From Prevotella sp. (GTDB lineage: Bacteria > Bacteroidota > Bacteroidia > Bacteroidales > Bacteroidaceae): a stretch of DNA of 64,000 nucleotides. The position numbers and the translations under genes are program-made. Position 1 is the first letter of the stretch. The number at the start of each line of letters is the position of its first letter. Under the pieces are notes generated by a model. The model worked only from the letters and a program-made list of their open reading frames with translations. It did no database searches and was not told where the DNA came from. Below are positions 21,023 to 31,164 of this stretch, piece by piece. The DNA lies in the NCBI RefSeq assembly GCF_036570325.1, contig NZ_DATCYK010000028.1, positions 11,526 to 75,525 of the forward strand, read 5' to 3'.

Positions 21023-23883
21023 TTGATGACAATATTAACGATTTTACGTGGTACGATGATTACTTTCACGATGGTTTTGCCCTCCAAGTACTTGGCGCTT
21101 CGCTCATCATTGAGCACCGCCTGCTGTATTTCCTCGTTCGGGGCGTCGACGGGCAGGAGCTTCTGATAGCGGGCCTTACCGTTGAAACTCACGGTAAGCT
21201 GCATCTCGTTCTCGGTAAGATAGGCCTCATTCCATACGGGCCATGTGGCGTCGCATACGCTTCCGGCCTGTCCCAAGTGCTCCCACAGCTCCTCGGCGAT
21301 GTGCGGCGCGAAGGGAGCGATGAGCACCACGAGGTCGGAAAGCAACGAGCGACTGTGGCATTTCTGCTGCCCCAGCTCGCCAATGGCTATCATGAAGGCC
21401 GAGATAGAGGTGTTGTAAGAGAATTTCTCGATGTCTTCGGTCACCTTCTTGATGAGTTTGTGCAGGCTCTTCAGGCTGTCCTTCGAGGGTGCCTCGTCGC
21501 TGACGACGCTCTCGCCGGTACGGTTGTCGAAGAAAAGATTCCAGAACTTGCGCAGGAACCGATGGCAACCGTCAATGCCGTTGGTGTCCCACGGCTTGCT
21601 GGCCTCAACGGGACCGAGGAACATTTCGTACAAGCGGAGCGTGTCGGCGCCGTACTTCTCGACGATCATATCGGGGTTAACGACGTTGAACATGCTCTTG
21701 CTCATCTTCTCGATGGCCCATCCGCACTTGTAAACGCCGTTCTCCAAGATGAACTCGGCGTTGCTGTACTCGGGTCGCCAAGCCTTGAAGGCGTCGCGAT
21801 CGAGCACGTCATTGCTCACGATATTTACGTCGACATGGATGGGCGTGGTGTCATAACCGTCCTTCAGGCCCACGGAAACGAACACGGGGTGGTCGGCCGG
21901 GGTGGCGTCAGCGGCGCTGTTGACACGGTAAACGAAGTTGGAACGGCCTTGGATCATACCTTGGTTGACGAGCTTTTGGAAGGGTTCCTCCTTGCAACTT
22001 ACGCCACAATCGAACAAGAACTTGTTCCAAAAGCGACTATAGATAAGGTGTCCCGTGGCATGTTCGGTTCCTCCGACGTACAAATCCACGTTCTGCCAGT
22101 ACGCGTCGGCCTCTTTGCCCACGAGGGCGCTGTCGTTCCGGGCGTCCATATAGCGCAGGTAGTAAGCCGAACTGCCCGCAAATCCCGGCATGGTATTGAG
22201 CTCCAAGCGGAATACCGACTTGTTATCGACGAGCGAGGTCTCGACTACCTTCTTATTCTTCTCGTCCCATGCCCACACCTTGGCACGTCCCAAGGGCGGC
22301 TCACCCGTCTCCGTGGGCTTGTAGGTCTCGATGTCGGGCAACTCGAGGGGCAGACATTCCTCGGGAATCATGCGTGGCATGCCATCCTTATAATATACGG
22401 GGAATGGCTCACCCCAGTAGCGTTGGCGTGAGAAAATGGCGTCGCGAAGCCGGTAGTTCACCTTTACGCGGCCCAACTGATGGGCGGTGACAAATTCCTT
22501 TGTGGCCGCTATGGCCTCCTTCACGGTCATACCGTTCAGGCTGAAGCCGTCGAGCGCCGTCGTGCCGGCCTTGGGTGAGTTCATCACCGTGCCTTCCTTG
22601 GCGTCGAAGCTCTCCTCGCTCACGTCGGCACCCTCGATAAGGGGCACGATGGGCAGGTCGAAATGGCGGGCAAAGGCATAGTCCCTACTGTCGTGGGCAG
22701 GCACGGCCATGATGGCGCCCGTGCCGTAACCGGCCAATACATATTCGGAAATCCAGATGGGAATGTTATCGCCCGTGAAGGGGTTGACGGCATAGCTGCC
22801 GCTGAACACGCCCGTTACCTTGCGATCGCTGATACGGTCGAGCTCGGTGCGTTTCTTGACATAAGCCAAGTACTCGCTCACTTCGGCCTTCTGCTCCTCG
22901 GTGGTCAGCTCGTCCACCAGCTCCGACTCGGGGGCCAATACCATGAAGGTAACGCCGAAAATGGTGTCGGCACGGGTGGTGAAAATGGTGAAATGGCGGT
23001 CGCTGCCGGCCACTTTGAACTGCATTTCGGTACCCTCCGAGCGACCTATCCAGTTGCGTTGCGTCTCCTTGAGCGAGTCGGTCCAGTCGACCGTCTCGAG
23101 CCCTTCGAGCAATCGTCCGGCGTAGGCCGACGTGCGCAGGCACCACTGCTGCATTTTCTTCTGCACCACGGGATAGCCTCCGCGCTCGCTTACGCCGTCG
23201 ACAACCTCGTCGTTTGCCAGCACCGTTCCCAAGCCCGGACACCAATTGACCATGGTCTCGCCGAGGTAGGCAATGCGGTAATTCATGAGCACCCGCTGCT
23301 GTTCCACCTCGCTCATAGCCTGCCACTCGGCGGCCGTGAAGCAGAGTTCCTCGCTCCGGGCGGCGTCAAGCCCGTCAGTGCCGCGGGCCTCGAAATGGGC
23401 CACAAGGTCGGCGATGGGGCGTGCCTTTTGGCAGGTGTTGCAGAAATAGCTGTCAAACATTTTCTCAAAAGCCCACTGCGTCCAATGGTAATAGCCGGGA
23501 TCGCAGGTGCGCACCTCGCGCTGCCAGTCGAAGCTGAAACCTATCTTGTCGAGCTGTTGGCGGTAGCGGTTGATATTGGTCTCGGTGGTCTTGGCCGGAT
23601 GTTGGCCCGTCTGTATGGCATACTGCTCGGCGGGCAGGCCGTAGGCGTCATATCCCATGGGGTTGAGCACATTGAATCCCCGCAGTCGCTTGTAGCGGGC
23701 ATAAATGTCCGAAGCTATGTATCCCAGCGGATGACCCACGTGGAGACCGGCTCCTGATGGGTAAGGGAACATATTGAGCACATAAAATTTCTTTTTCTCG
23801 GGGTTTTCCTCAACATGGTAGGTCTGGTCGTTCTCCCACCGCTGTTGCCATTTTTTCTCAATGTCTCTGAAATTATAGTCCAT
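21019..23883 (-). CDS. leuS: Leucine--tRNA ligase
   Basis: [14 protein letters not shown] (HIGH), KMSKS, editing domain with [14 protein letters not shown]; promoter box at 23937-23944. Confidence 0.97.
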   Translation of the reverse strand: MDYNFRDIEKKWQQRWENDQTYHVEENPEKKKFYVLNMFPYPSGAGLHVGHPLGYIASDIYARYKRLRGFNVLNPMGYDAYGLPAEQYAIQTGQHPAKTTETNINRYRQQLDKIGFSFDWQREVRTCDPGYYHWTQWAFEKMFDSYFCNTCQKARPIADLVAHFEARGTDGLDAARSEELCFTAAEWQAMSEVEQQRVLMNYRIAYLGETMVNWCPGLGTVLANDEVVDGVSERGGYPVVQKKMQQWCLRTSAYAGRLLEGLETVDWTDSLKETQRNWIGRSEGTEMQFKVAGSDRHFTIFTTRADTIFGVTFMVLAPESELVDELTTEEQKAEVSEYLAYVKKRTELDRISDRKVTGVFSGSYAVNPFTGDNIPIWISEYVLAGYGTGAIMAVPAHDSRDYAFARHFDLPIVPLIEGADVSEESFDAKEGTVMNSPKAGTTALDGFSLNGMTVKEAIAATKEFVTAHQLGRVKVNYRLRDAIFSRQRYWGEPFPVYYKDGMPRMIPEECLPLELPDIETYKPTETGEPPLGRAKVWAWDEKNKKVVETSLVDNKSVFRLELNTMPGFAGSSAYYLRYMDARNDSALVGKEADAYWQNVDLYVGGTEHATGHLIYSRFWNKFLFDCGVSCKEEPFQKLVNQGMIQGRSNFVYRVNSAADATPADHPVFVSVGLKDGYDTTPIHVDVNIVSNDVLDRDAFKAWRPEYSNAEFILENGVYKCGWAIEKMSKSMFNVVNPDMIVEKYGADTLRLYEMFLGPVEASKPWDTNGIDGCHRFLRKFWNLFFDNRTGESVVSDEAPSKDSLKSLHKLIKKVTEDIEKFSYNTSISAFMIAIGELGQQKCHSRSLLSDLVVLIAPFAPHIAEELWEHLGQAGSVCDATWPVWNEAYLTENEMQLTVSFNGKARYQKLLPVDAPNEEIQQAVLNDERSAKYLEGKTIVKVIIVPRKIVNIVIK

Positions 23884-23983
23884 TGTTTATGATTGAGTTA
23901 TAATTGTTTCGTTTGACAGAAGCGTTGTCATGGATGCAAAGATACATATTATAAATGAGAAAACATCGCGGCCCGAATACAAA

Positions 23984-24015
23984 AAATTGGGCAGATTTTC
24001 ACAAATCCGCCCAAT
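23984..24015 (-). terminator. Terminator downstream of smalltalk peptide
   Basis: A-run then ttgggcaga-loop-tccgcccaa imperfect stem. Confidence 0.55.
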
Positions 24016-24072
24016 CCGTCAGTAATCATCTGTGTTGACTGTGGGGGCCTGCCCTCCGGCGGCCGCCGCGCT

Positions 24073-24180
24073 TCATTCGTTTGTCATGCTGTCGGCGCCC
24101 AAGGCCCCGAGCAGTGCCGTCGCCACGGCAATGATGACTTTAAAGAGTATTTTCCATGGTGTCAGATTCACTTGAGCCAT
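24073..24180 (-). CDS. smalltalk-family small membrane peptide, 35 aa (absent from ORF track)
   Basis: hand translation MAQVNLTPWKILFKVIIAVATALLGALGADSMTNE; ATG overlaps the TAA of the HU-like gene; matches the W-K-x-I-x-K-x-I-I-A-V-A-T-A-x-x-G-A-L-G pattern recalled for the family. Confidence 0.85.
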   Translation of the reverse strand: MAQVNLTPWKILFKVIIAVATALLGALGADSMTNE

Positions 24181-24605
24181 TAGTTACCTCCTTCCTCGCC
24201 GCTTGTGGCCGAGCCCGAGGGCTTGGTCGTGGTGGTCTTGTCGCCCTTCTTGCCGCTGGTGTACTCATCGGCCTCGGTAAACTCAACGCCGTGGAGCAAT
24301 GCCCGCTTACGGGCGTGGCTGGAACGGTCGACGGTGAGCTCGGGCTGGAAGAGCACATGCACGTTGCGAAGGTGCTTCGTGATGGTGAAATCCTTGGCTG
24401 TTTCGGCGGCACGGGTGGAGATTCCGATCTTGAAGGTGCCCAGTCCGTTGAGCTTAATGCGCATCGACTGCTGGAGCATGTCGGTCATCACCTCGGTCAG
24501 TTGGTTGGTCTCGACCACTCCCTTGTGGGTGGCGCGGGCGAACCACTTGCCCTTTGTCTTACTCTCCTTGCGGTTGTCCTGATACATTTTGTAATTTACT
24601 GCCAT
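24180..24605 (-). CDS. HU/IHF-related DNA-binding protein (Bacteroidetes type)
   Basis: KWFARA, IKLNGLGTFKIGIS, VLFQPE, low-complexity G/T/S tail. Confidence 0.85.
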   Translation of the reverse strand: MAVNYKMYQDNRKESKTKGKWFARATHKGVVETNQLTEVMTDMLQQSMRIKLNGLGTFKIGISTRAAETAKDFTITKHLRNVHVLFQPELTVDRSSHARKRALLHGVEFTEADEYTSGKKGDKTTTTKPSGSATSGEEGGN

Positions 24606-24711
24606 AATTGTTTGTGTTTTTTGGTTAATAATTGGTTTGTTGTTTGTTGATAATATGTAAGCCTACAATTTTCTTTTTCTTTCGTCGCCGATGGTTGCCC
24701 CGGGCCGGCGG

Positions 24712-25167
24712 TCATGCCGGCATGTAGTAGGGAATCATGATTTGTCGGTTGTGGCCTTCGCGGTAGCTCACGTGTATCCACTCGGCGCCCTGCAGGTTGT
24801 GCTCAAAGAGGAGCTGGTCGTAGTCCAAGGTCATGAAGATGAACTCCAGCATTTCTATGCCTTTGGCCCGTGAGGGGATGTGGATGTCGCAGGCCTCGCC
24901 GAAGATGTGCTGCGAGTGGGTGGCCCCTCCCACCATGCGGTTGAGCCATTCGGAGCGGTAGCCGCTGGTGACGCGGATGGGGCCAAACTCCTTTCGGAGG
25001 GGTTCGAGCACCTTGGTGCAGAGCCGTCGCAGGTTGTGTACTGCCTCGGGTGAGGGCGTGTTGTCGACGTGGTACCGGCGGGCCGTGGCCGAGCGGGTCA
25101 TCTCCTCGAGGGTGAAATGGGGCGTCAGCCGCAGCCGGTCGCCGTTGGTTGGGTTGTGTGTTTTCAT
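24712..25167 (-). CDS. Peptidase M15 (Zn D-Ala-D-Ala carboxypeptidase / endolysin-like)
   Basis: HFTLEEM, SGYRS, SQHIFGEACD, WIHVS; no signal peptide. Confidence 0.88.
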   Translation of the reverse strand: MKTHNPTNGDRLRLTPHFTLEEMTRSATARRYHVDNTPSPEAVHNLRRLCTKVLEPLRKEFGPIRVTSGYRSEWLNRMVGGATHSQHIFGEACDIHIPSRAKGIEMLEFIFMTLDYDQLLFEHNLQGAEWIHVSYREGHNRQIMIPYYMPA

Positions 25168-25182
25168 GGTAATGGGGGTTTT

Positions 25183-25396
25183 GGTTGGTGGTTGGGGAGG
25201 TTTTAGTTGGCAGTTGGGGAGTTGGGGGGATGAATGGTTAGCCGGGATTGGTGAGGGGTGGTAGTTGGGGGGATGAATGGTTAGTTGTTATTGGTTGAGG
25301 GTGAGTAGTTGGGGGGATGAATGGTTAGTTTTGTTTTTGCTCCTTCTATTTGCCTCAGCCCGGTCTGATTAGTCCGACTGGTCCGACTATTCCGAT
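25183..25396. repeat. Family B G-rich repeats (43-44-bp period) plus family A array
   Basis: three agttggggggatgaatggttag copies spaced 43 and 44 bp; cggtctgattagtccgactggtccgact. Confidence 0.8.
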
Positions 25397-25611
25397 AGCC
25401 TTAACAGCTCTCTGCCATCAACTGATTAACTTCTTTACTTATATCTTTCTAATGATGTGTGTTTCAATATTTACGATTTGGTTTTGTTACTTTCAACGAT
25501 GCAAAGATAAGGAGGTTTTTAAGGGTGGCCAAGGAGGTGGGCGATACACTTGTGCCTACACTGCCTCGACATTCCTGAAACGGCTGCTTCCGCGGGCCAC
25601 GGGCCAGCTCC

Positions 25612-26046
25612 TCACGCCCTGCTGACCAATTGGCGGCGTGGATCGAGGCCGTTGATTTTCATGAGGACCCAGCGATCGAGCAGCGAGCTCTGGCGCATCG
25701 ACTTGCGCATTTTGGCCCGATAGGCATACGACCGTGGATTGCGGGGCACGGGCTTCACCAGCCTGCGACACACCATTTCGACCATGTAGGCAAAGGTTAG
25801 GTCGCACCCGCGGGCGTCCTTCACGTCGCACACCGTGTAAACATCGCTCACCAGCTCCACGAGGTCGGTCGTGGTGCTCTGCCAACGCAGGCTGCCCCCG
25901 TCGCCACCATCAATGAGTTCCATCACGAATTGCTGCATTTCCTGCATCGCTTCCTCCCGAAGGGGTCTGAGTTCTGATTTCCTGAAAGTCTGTATGTGCC
26001 CCTGATACATCAATTTTACGTTTGTTTCTTCCATTTCTCTATTCAA
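25612..26046 (-). CDS. Hypothetical protein resembling the RteC C-terminal domain
   Basis: LRWQSTTTDLVELV and RKSMRQSSLLDR resemble RteC W-T-G-S-K-x-D-L-x-E-L and R-K...F-L-D motifs (from memory); promoter box at 26081-26088. Confidence 0.5.
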   Translation of the reverse strand: MNREMEETNVKLMYQGHIQTFRKSELRPLREEAMQEMQQFVMELIDGGDGGSLRWQSTTTDLVELVSDVYTVCDVKDARGCDLTFAYMVEMVCRRLVKPVPRNPRSYAYRAKMRKSMRQSSLLDRWVLMKINGLDPRRQLVSRA

Positions 26047-26149
26047 TTATTTATTAGGGTTAGTGGGTTGTTATCGGGTGCAAAGTTAAGCCCTTTCGTG
26101 GAAATAATATTTCAGTGAACAGTCGTAAGAAGTTAAGATAAGATAAAGG

Positions 26150-26430
26150 AGGTGGGCGGTTGAGGGGTTGGGGGATGAATGGTTTGCCTTGAGGGCGATA
26201 AGGTGAGAGGGTGAGGCGGCCTTGCCGCCGCTGTAGAGAGAGCGTCGGACGGGTCTGAGCTGTCGAATCGGTCCGATTAGTCTGACTGGTCCGACTCGTC
26301 CGACAGCTCCCTTTCCCCCCACCTCCTCACCCCCTCAGCCTGCCACCACGCCTCTTCTCCCTCCTCAAACCAGCCCTTTAGCTCGTCCAAAGGGCAGCTT
26401 TAAGGGCCCAAAAGGCCCACTTTTTCACAC
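26150..26430. repeat. Composite of family B, GCGGC hairpin, family A and 11-bp-period tract
   Basis: ggggatgaatggtt; ggcggccttgccgcc; gtccgattagtctgactggtccgactcgtccgac; tttagctcgtc/caaagggcagc/tttaagggccc/aaaaggcccac. Confidence 0.75.
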
Positions 26431-26560
26431 CAAAAATGATGGCGTCAACAAAACTTTTCGTATCTTTGGCCCATAGACCACGCACGCCAAGCCCACCCCA
26501 CCGTGGCACGGCGAACCATCTATACCATTTTACCACGTTATATTTTAAAACACCATAGCT

Positions 26561-28801
26561 ATGACAAAAGGCAAAAAGGCCGGCAAACGACTGACCAAAA
26601 AACAATTGGCTGAGCGGATAGAGGAATTTTTCTCCGCCCTACCCGGAAAAACATTAAGTTTCAAAGAAATATTCAGAGCCCTCAAGCTCAACACCCACCC
26701 GCTCAAGATGCAGGCCATAGACATCATGGAGGAAATGGCGTGGGACGACTTTCTGGCCAAGGTTTCGGAAAATTCATACCGCCTCAACACCAATGGCCAA
26801 ATACAGGAAGGCACATTCCAGCGCAAGGCCAACGGCAAGAACTCCGTCATACCCGTGGATAGCGAGAAGCCCATCTTCGTGTCAGAGCGCAACTCCATGG
26901 GCGCCCTCACCGGCGACAAGGTAAAATTCTCGTTCATGGCTCGCCGCGTCAACCACATAAAGGAAGCGCAAGTCATCGAGATACTCGAGCGCAAGAAAGA
27001 CACCTTCGTGGGCCGCCTGAAGGTAGACAAGGACATGGCCTACCTCATACCCCAGTCCGACGTGCTGGCCCACAACATCATCATACCCCGCCGAAAGATA
27101 AAAGGCGGCAAGACAGACGACAAGGCCGTCGTGCGCGTAACGCAGTGGCCCGACGAGGAACGCAAGAGCCCCATCGGCGAAGTCATCGACATCTTGGGAC
27201 AGACGGGCGACAACGACGTCGAGATGAACACCATCCTCGCCCAATACGGACTGCCCTATAAATACCCCCAAGCCGTGGAGGAAGCCGCCAAGAAGATAAC
27301 CGGCGAGGTAACGAAGAAAGACCTTGACGAGCGCGAGGACTTCCGCCAAGTGTTCACCTGCACCATCGATCCCCGCGACGCCAAGGACTTCGACGACGCC
27401 CTCTCCATCCGCCTGCTCGACGCCCAAGGCCATCCCCTCACCCCGCAGGCCGCCAAGCAAGGCAAGGCAGCCCTCTACGAGGTGGGCGTGCACATAGCCG
27501 ACGTGAGCCACTACGTGACCGAAGGCTCCATCATCGACAAGGAAGCCGTCAAGCGAGCCACCAGCATTTACCTCGTCGACCGCACCATCCCCATGCTGCC
27601 CGAGCACCTCTGCAACTTCGTTTGCTCACTCCGCCCCAACGAGGAGAAGCTCGCCTACAGCGTCATCTTCACCATGGACGCCGACGCCGACATCAAATCA
27701 TCGCGCATAGTCCACACCGTCATCCGCAGCGACCGCCGCTACGCCTACGAGGAAGTACAACAAATCCTTGAGGACAACGGCGTCATCGACGGCACGGGAG
27801 AGCCCGCCCCACCCGCTCCCAAGGGCGGCTACAAGGGTGAGAACGCCCAACTGCTCATCCTCCTCGACCGACTGGCCAAGCAATTGCGTAGCAAACGATT
27901 CAAGAACGGCGCCGTGAAATTCGACCGAGAGGAGCTCCATTTCGACATCGACGAAAAGGGAAAGCCCACCCGCTGCTACTTCAAGAGCTCCAAGGACGCC
28001 AACAAGCTCATCGAGGAATTCATGCTGCTGGCCAACCGCACCGTGGCCGAGACCGTCGGAAAAGTAAAGAAAGGGCGCAAGGCAAAGACCCTTCCCTACC
28101 GCGTTCACGACAATCCCGACCCACAAAAAATGGAGACGCTGCGCCAATTCATCGCCAAATTCGGCTACAAAGTAAAGACCGATGGCACCAAGGGCGCCAT
28201 GGCCAAGAGCATTAACAAGCTCATGGACGACGTCGAAGGCAAGCGCGAGGGCAAAGTAATACAAACCGTGGCGCTCAGGGCCATGATGAAAGCCAAGTAC
28301 ACCACCCACAACATCGGCCACTTCGGGCTGGCCTTCGACTACTACACCCACTTTACCTCCCCCATACGCCGCTACCCCGACACCATCGTCCACCGACTCC
28401 TCACCCGCTACCAGCAAGGAGCGCGCAGCGCCAATGAGAAACATTGCGAGGAACTCTGCGAACATTGCTCCGACATGGAGCTCGTGGCACAGAACGCCGA
28501 GCGCGATTCCATCAAGTACAAGATGGTGGAATTCATGGCCGACAAGCTCGGACAGTCCTTCGACGCCCACATCAGCGGCATTACAAGCTACGGCATTTAC
28601 GCCGAGATCGACGACAACCACTGCGAGGGAATGATTCCCATGCGCGACTTGGATAACGACTACTACGAGTTCGACGAGCGCAACTTCTGCCTCGTGGGTC
28701 GCCGTCATCACCACAAATACCAGCTCGGCGACGCCATCCGCATCAAAGTGGCCAAGGCCAACCTCGAGAAAAAACAGCTCGACTTCGCCCTCGACGAGTA
28801 A
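26561..28801 (+). CDS. rnr: Ribonuclease R
   Basis: TIDPRDAKDFDDALS, GVHIADVSHYV, HFTSPIRRYPD, C-terminal S1 domain; promoter box TATCTTTG at 26461-26468. Confidence 0.96.
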   Translation: MTKGKKAGKRLTKKQLAERIEEFFSALPGKTLSFKEIFRALKLNTHPLKMQAIDIMEEMAWDDFLAKVSENSYRLNTNGQIQEGTFQRKANGKNSVIPVDSEKPIFVSERNSMGALTGDKVKFSFMARRVNHIKEAQVIEILERKKDTFVGRLKVDKDMAYLIPQSDVLAHNIIIPRRKIKGGKTDDKAVVRVTQWPDEERKSPIGEVIDILGQTGDNDVEMNTILAQYGLPYKYPQAVEEAAKKITGEVTKKDLDEREDFRQVFTCTIDPRDAKDFDDALSIRLLDAQGHPLTPQAAKQGKAALYEVGVHIADVSHYVTEGSIIDKEAVKRATSIYLVDRTIPMLPEHLCNFVCSLRPNEEKLAYSVIFTMDADADIKSSRIVHTVIRSDRRYAYEEVQQILEDNGVIDGTGEPAPPAPKGGYKGENAQLLILLDRLAKQLRSKRFKNGAVKFDREELHFDIDEKGKPTRCYFKSSKDANKLIEEFMLLANRTVAETVGKVKKGRKAKTLPYRVHDNPDPQKMETLRQFIAKFGYKVKTDGTKGAMAKSINKLMDDVEGKREGKVIQTVALRAMMKAKYTTHNIGHFGLAFDYYTHFTSPIRRYPDTIVHRLLTRYQQGARSANEKHCEELCEHCSDMELVAQNAERDSIKYKMVEFMADKLGQSFDAHISGITSYGIYAEIDDNHCEGMIPMRDLDNDYYEFDERNFCLVGRRHHHKYQLGDAIRIKVAKANLEKKQLDFALDE

Positions 28802-28877
28802 CGCCCGCCGCCTCGGTGAGAAGATTCATTGCCAAGGGTAAAAGACAGATTTCCCGCCTGCGGAATCCTCCACCCCT

Positions 28878-28952
28878 CAAAACAAATCAGCCGCATCTAA
28901 GAGTAGATGCGGCTGATTTGCTGTTTAAATAGCGTAGGGCTACGACTTCCTT
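28878..28952. repeat. Left hairpin direct repeat of the AT-rich island
   Basis: aaacaaatcagccgcatcta-agag-tagatgcggctgatttgctgttta...cgacttcctt. Confidence 0.9.
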
Positions 28953-29032
28953 GTCAACTCGTCGATTGATTTACTCGTCAACTCACAAGGGGCCCTACAA
29001 TTCAATAACTCAATTTGAAATTATAATATCTC

Positions 29033-29266
29033 TTAATACGGCGGTTCGTTATCATGATTCCATTTAATTCCTAACTCTGTGTAGGCTTCTTTAAAAACGT
29101 CTGACAAGCCTCTTTCTTTTAATAAATCATAAACGCCATTATCCATTATCTTTAGATTCTCATCTCTCTCGTCAGATTTGATTTGAGATAAAATAAACTC
29201 TGCATTCTCTTGAGATGTCCTTTTTACAAGAGCCGTTCTAAGTTTTGATTCAAAATTGTCTATCAT
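29033..29266 (-). CDS. Hypothetical protein, 77 aa
   Basis: ATG 23 nt downstream of the beta-barrel gene, same strand, helical acidic composition. Confidence 0.55.
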   Translation of the reverse strand: MIDNFESKLRTALVKRTSQENAEFILSQIKSDERDENLKIMDNGVYDLLKERGLSDVFKEAYTELGIKWNHDNEPPY

Positions 29267-29289
29267 GATTTCTTCTTTTGGGTTATTAT

Positions 29290-29874
29290 TTAAAACGTCA
29301 ATCTTAATTTTGCATTGACATTGAGATAGGTTCCACCATCATTTTTTAAGTCTTTATGCTTATAAAAAGCCAATTCAGGCGTGACAATAAATTGGAGATT
29401 ACGTGATTTGGTCAAGTTAAGGGCAACATTAACTCCAACCTTGGGAACAATGAAATGAGATGTTGATTTCTCATCCCATCTATGATCATCATGGTCAACA
29501 TAATCTTCAGTTTCCCAACTATAACCAATTCCCACTGTTGGCTCTATCTCAAGAATGCTGTTGGGCATAAAGAGTTCTGACACCTTTGCATGTCCGTTGA
29601 CACCAATAAATCCCAAAACTGCATCGGTCTCACCATATTCATTCTTTTTATGACGTGTTCCCAACTTTCCCTCAACACTCACACCCCATATTGGTGTGAA
29701 ATAACGGCCAAGGCTTAGTCCACCTCCCCAATAAGTCAAGTCATCCCTATCTCCAAGGTCCTGCATCATCACTCCACCAACTTCCACGAAATTCTTTTTT
29801 GATGGAGTTTCCTCTGCATAAACACCGACAACGGCTGTCAAAGCCAAAAATAAAATACTTAAAAACTTCATCAT
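29290..29874 (-). CDS. Outer-membrane beta-barrel protein, paralogue 2
   Basis: signal peptide, alternating beta strands, terminal Phe (KLRLTF). Confidence 0.8.
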   Translation of the reverse strand: MMKFLSILFLALTAVVGVYAEETPSKKNFVEVGGVMMQDLGDRDDLTYWGGGLSLGRYFTPIWGVSVEGKLGTRHKKNEYGETDAVLGFIGVNGHAKVSELFMPNSILEIEPTVGIGYSWETEDYVDHDDHRWDEKSTSHFIVPKVGVNVALNLTKSRNLQFIVTPELAFYKHKDLKNDGGTYLNVNAKLRLTF

Positions 29875-30485
29875 TAAAACTTCAATCTTAATTTTGCATT
29901 GACATTGAGGTTTGTGAAACCATCATTACGAACATCTTTATTCTTATAAAAAGCCAACTCTGGTGTAACAATAAATTGGAGATTACGTGATTTGGTCAAG
30001 TTAAGGGCAACATTAACCCCAACCTTGGGAACAATGAAATGCCATGTCTTATTCTTCTTTACAAGGTTAACTTCCTCATGCATCTCCTCTGTCCATTCAC
30101 TATTTTCATGAATCCAACTATAACCAATTCCCACAGTTGGCTCAATTTCAAGAATGCTGTTGGGCATAAAGAGTTCTGATACCTTAGCATGTCCGTTGAC
30201 ACCAACAAATCCTAAGACACCATCAGCTTTATCCCCTTCATCCTCATAATGACGGAAAACCACTTTTCCCTCAACACTCACGCCCCATATTGGTGTGAAA
30301 TAATGGCCAAGGCTCAGTCCACCTCCCCAATAAGTAAAGTTATCAAACTCTCCAAGGCCCTGCATCATCACACCACCAACCTCAGCGAAATTCTTTTTTG
30401 ATGAAGTTTCTTGTGCATAAACACCAACAACGGCTGTTAAAGCCAAAAATAAAATACTTAAAAACTTTTTCATAATGGTTTTCAT
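29874..30485 (-). CDS. Outer-membrane beta-barrel protein, paralogue 1
   Basis: as above (KLRLKF); TAATG overlap couples it to paralogue 2. Confidence 0.8.
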   Translation of the reverse strand: MKTIMKKFLSILFLALTAVVGVYAQETSSKKNFAEVGGVMMQGLGEFDNFTYWGGGLSLGHYFTPIWGVSVEGKVVFRHYEDEGDKADGVLGFVGVNGHAKVSELFMPNSILEIEPTVGIGYSWIHENSEWTEEMHEEVNLVKKNKTWHFIVPKVGVNVALNLTKSRNLQFIVTPELAFYKNKDVRNDGFTNLNVNAKLRLKF

Positions 30486-30614
30486 TTAATGTTTAAAAAA
30501 TTGATTTTAAAATAAAACTATCCGATAAAAATAATGTTATTCAATGTATGAATGTAGAACGTAGCAAACATAGAAACAACGCTGCTAAAACTAAAAGCTG
30601 TTTTATGATGGTAT

Positions 30615-31103
30615 TTATAAAAAGGTACGAAATGTAAATAAATGGAAAATAATATGCGCACACAGCAACAGACTGTAAAGCGTAAAGCTCATTGACGCAT
30701 AATATAACATTTGGTAAAGCATGGTTTCCTGACTAAGTAATTGGCATGTCATTACCATTAAGATATTAACTATCAATACTATGCAAAGAAAAGTTATCGT
30801 TGCAAAAACTACATTAATAGGCCTCTTTTTATCTTTAACTTTCTTACGTAATCTAACAATTACATCATGTCCTAAACTAAAGAAGATAGCTATACTCGCT
30901 ATTATAAAGCCCAATAGCTCTGACGTAATGTCAAGAGAACTGCCCAGAGACGATAATTTAGCATTTTCAGTAATGGGATTAAGGAAATAAAGAATTACTC
31001 CCACTAACATGCAAACCAAAAATAAAATCCAAGGACAACACTTTAAATTAGAATTAAGATCGTGGATTACGTAACATAATTTTTCATCTTTTATCATATA
31101 CAA
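30615..31103 (-). CDS. Hypothetical membrane protein with about 4 TM helices
   Basis: 162 aa, four hydrophobic stretches, AT-rich codons. Confidence 0.65.
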   Translation of the reverse strand: MYMIKDEKLCYVIHDLNSNLKCCPWILFLVCMLVGVILYFLNPITENAKLSSLGSSLDITSELLGFIIASIAIFFSLGHDVIVRLRKKVKDKKRPINVVFATITFLCIVLIVNILMVMTCQLLSQETMLYQMLYYASMSFTLYSLLLCAHIIFHLFTFRTFL

Positions 31104-31164
31104 AATATATTACTCTACTTCTCCCACATAGAGTTGATTAATAAAGTTAATATATTATAGTATA

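Noticed and set aside
24073-26046. Prophage
   Set aside because: No integrase, terminase, capsid or tail genes; only a lysis-like and DNA-binding set
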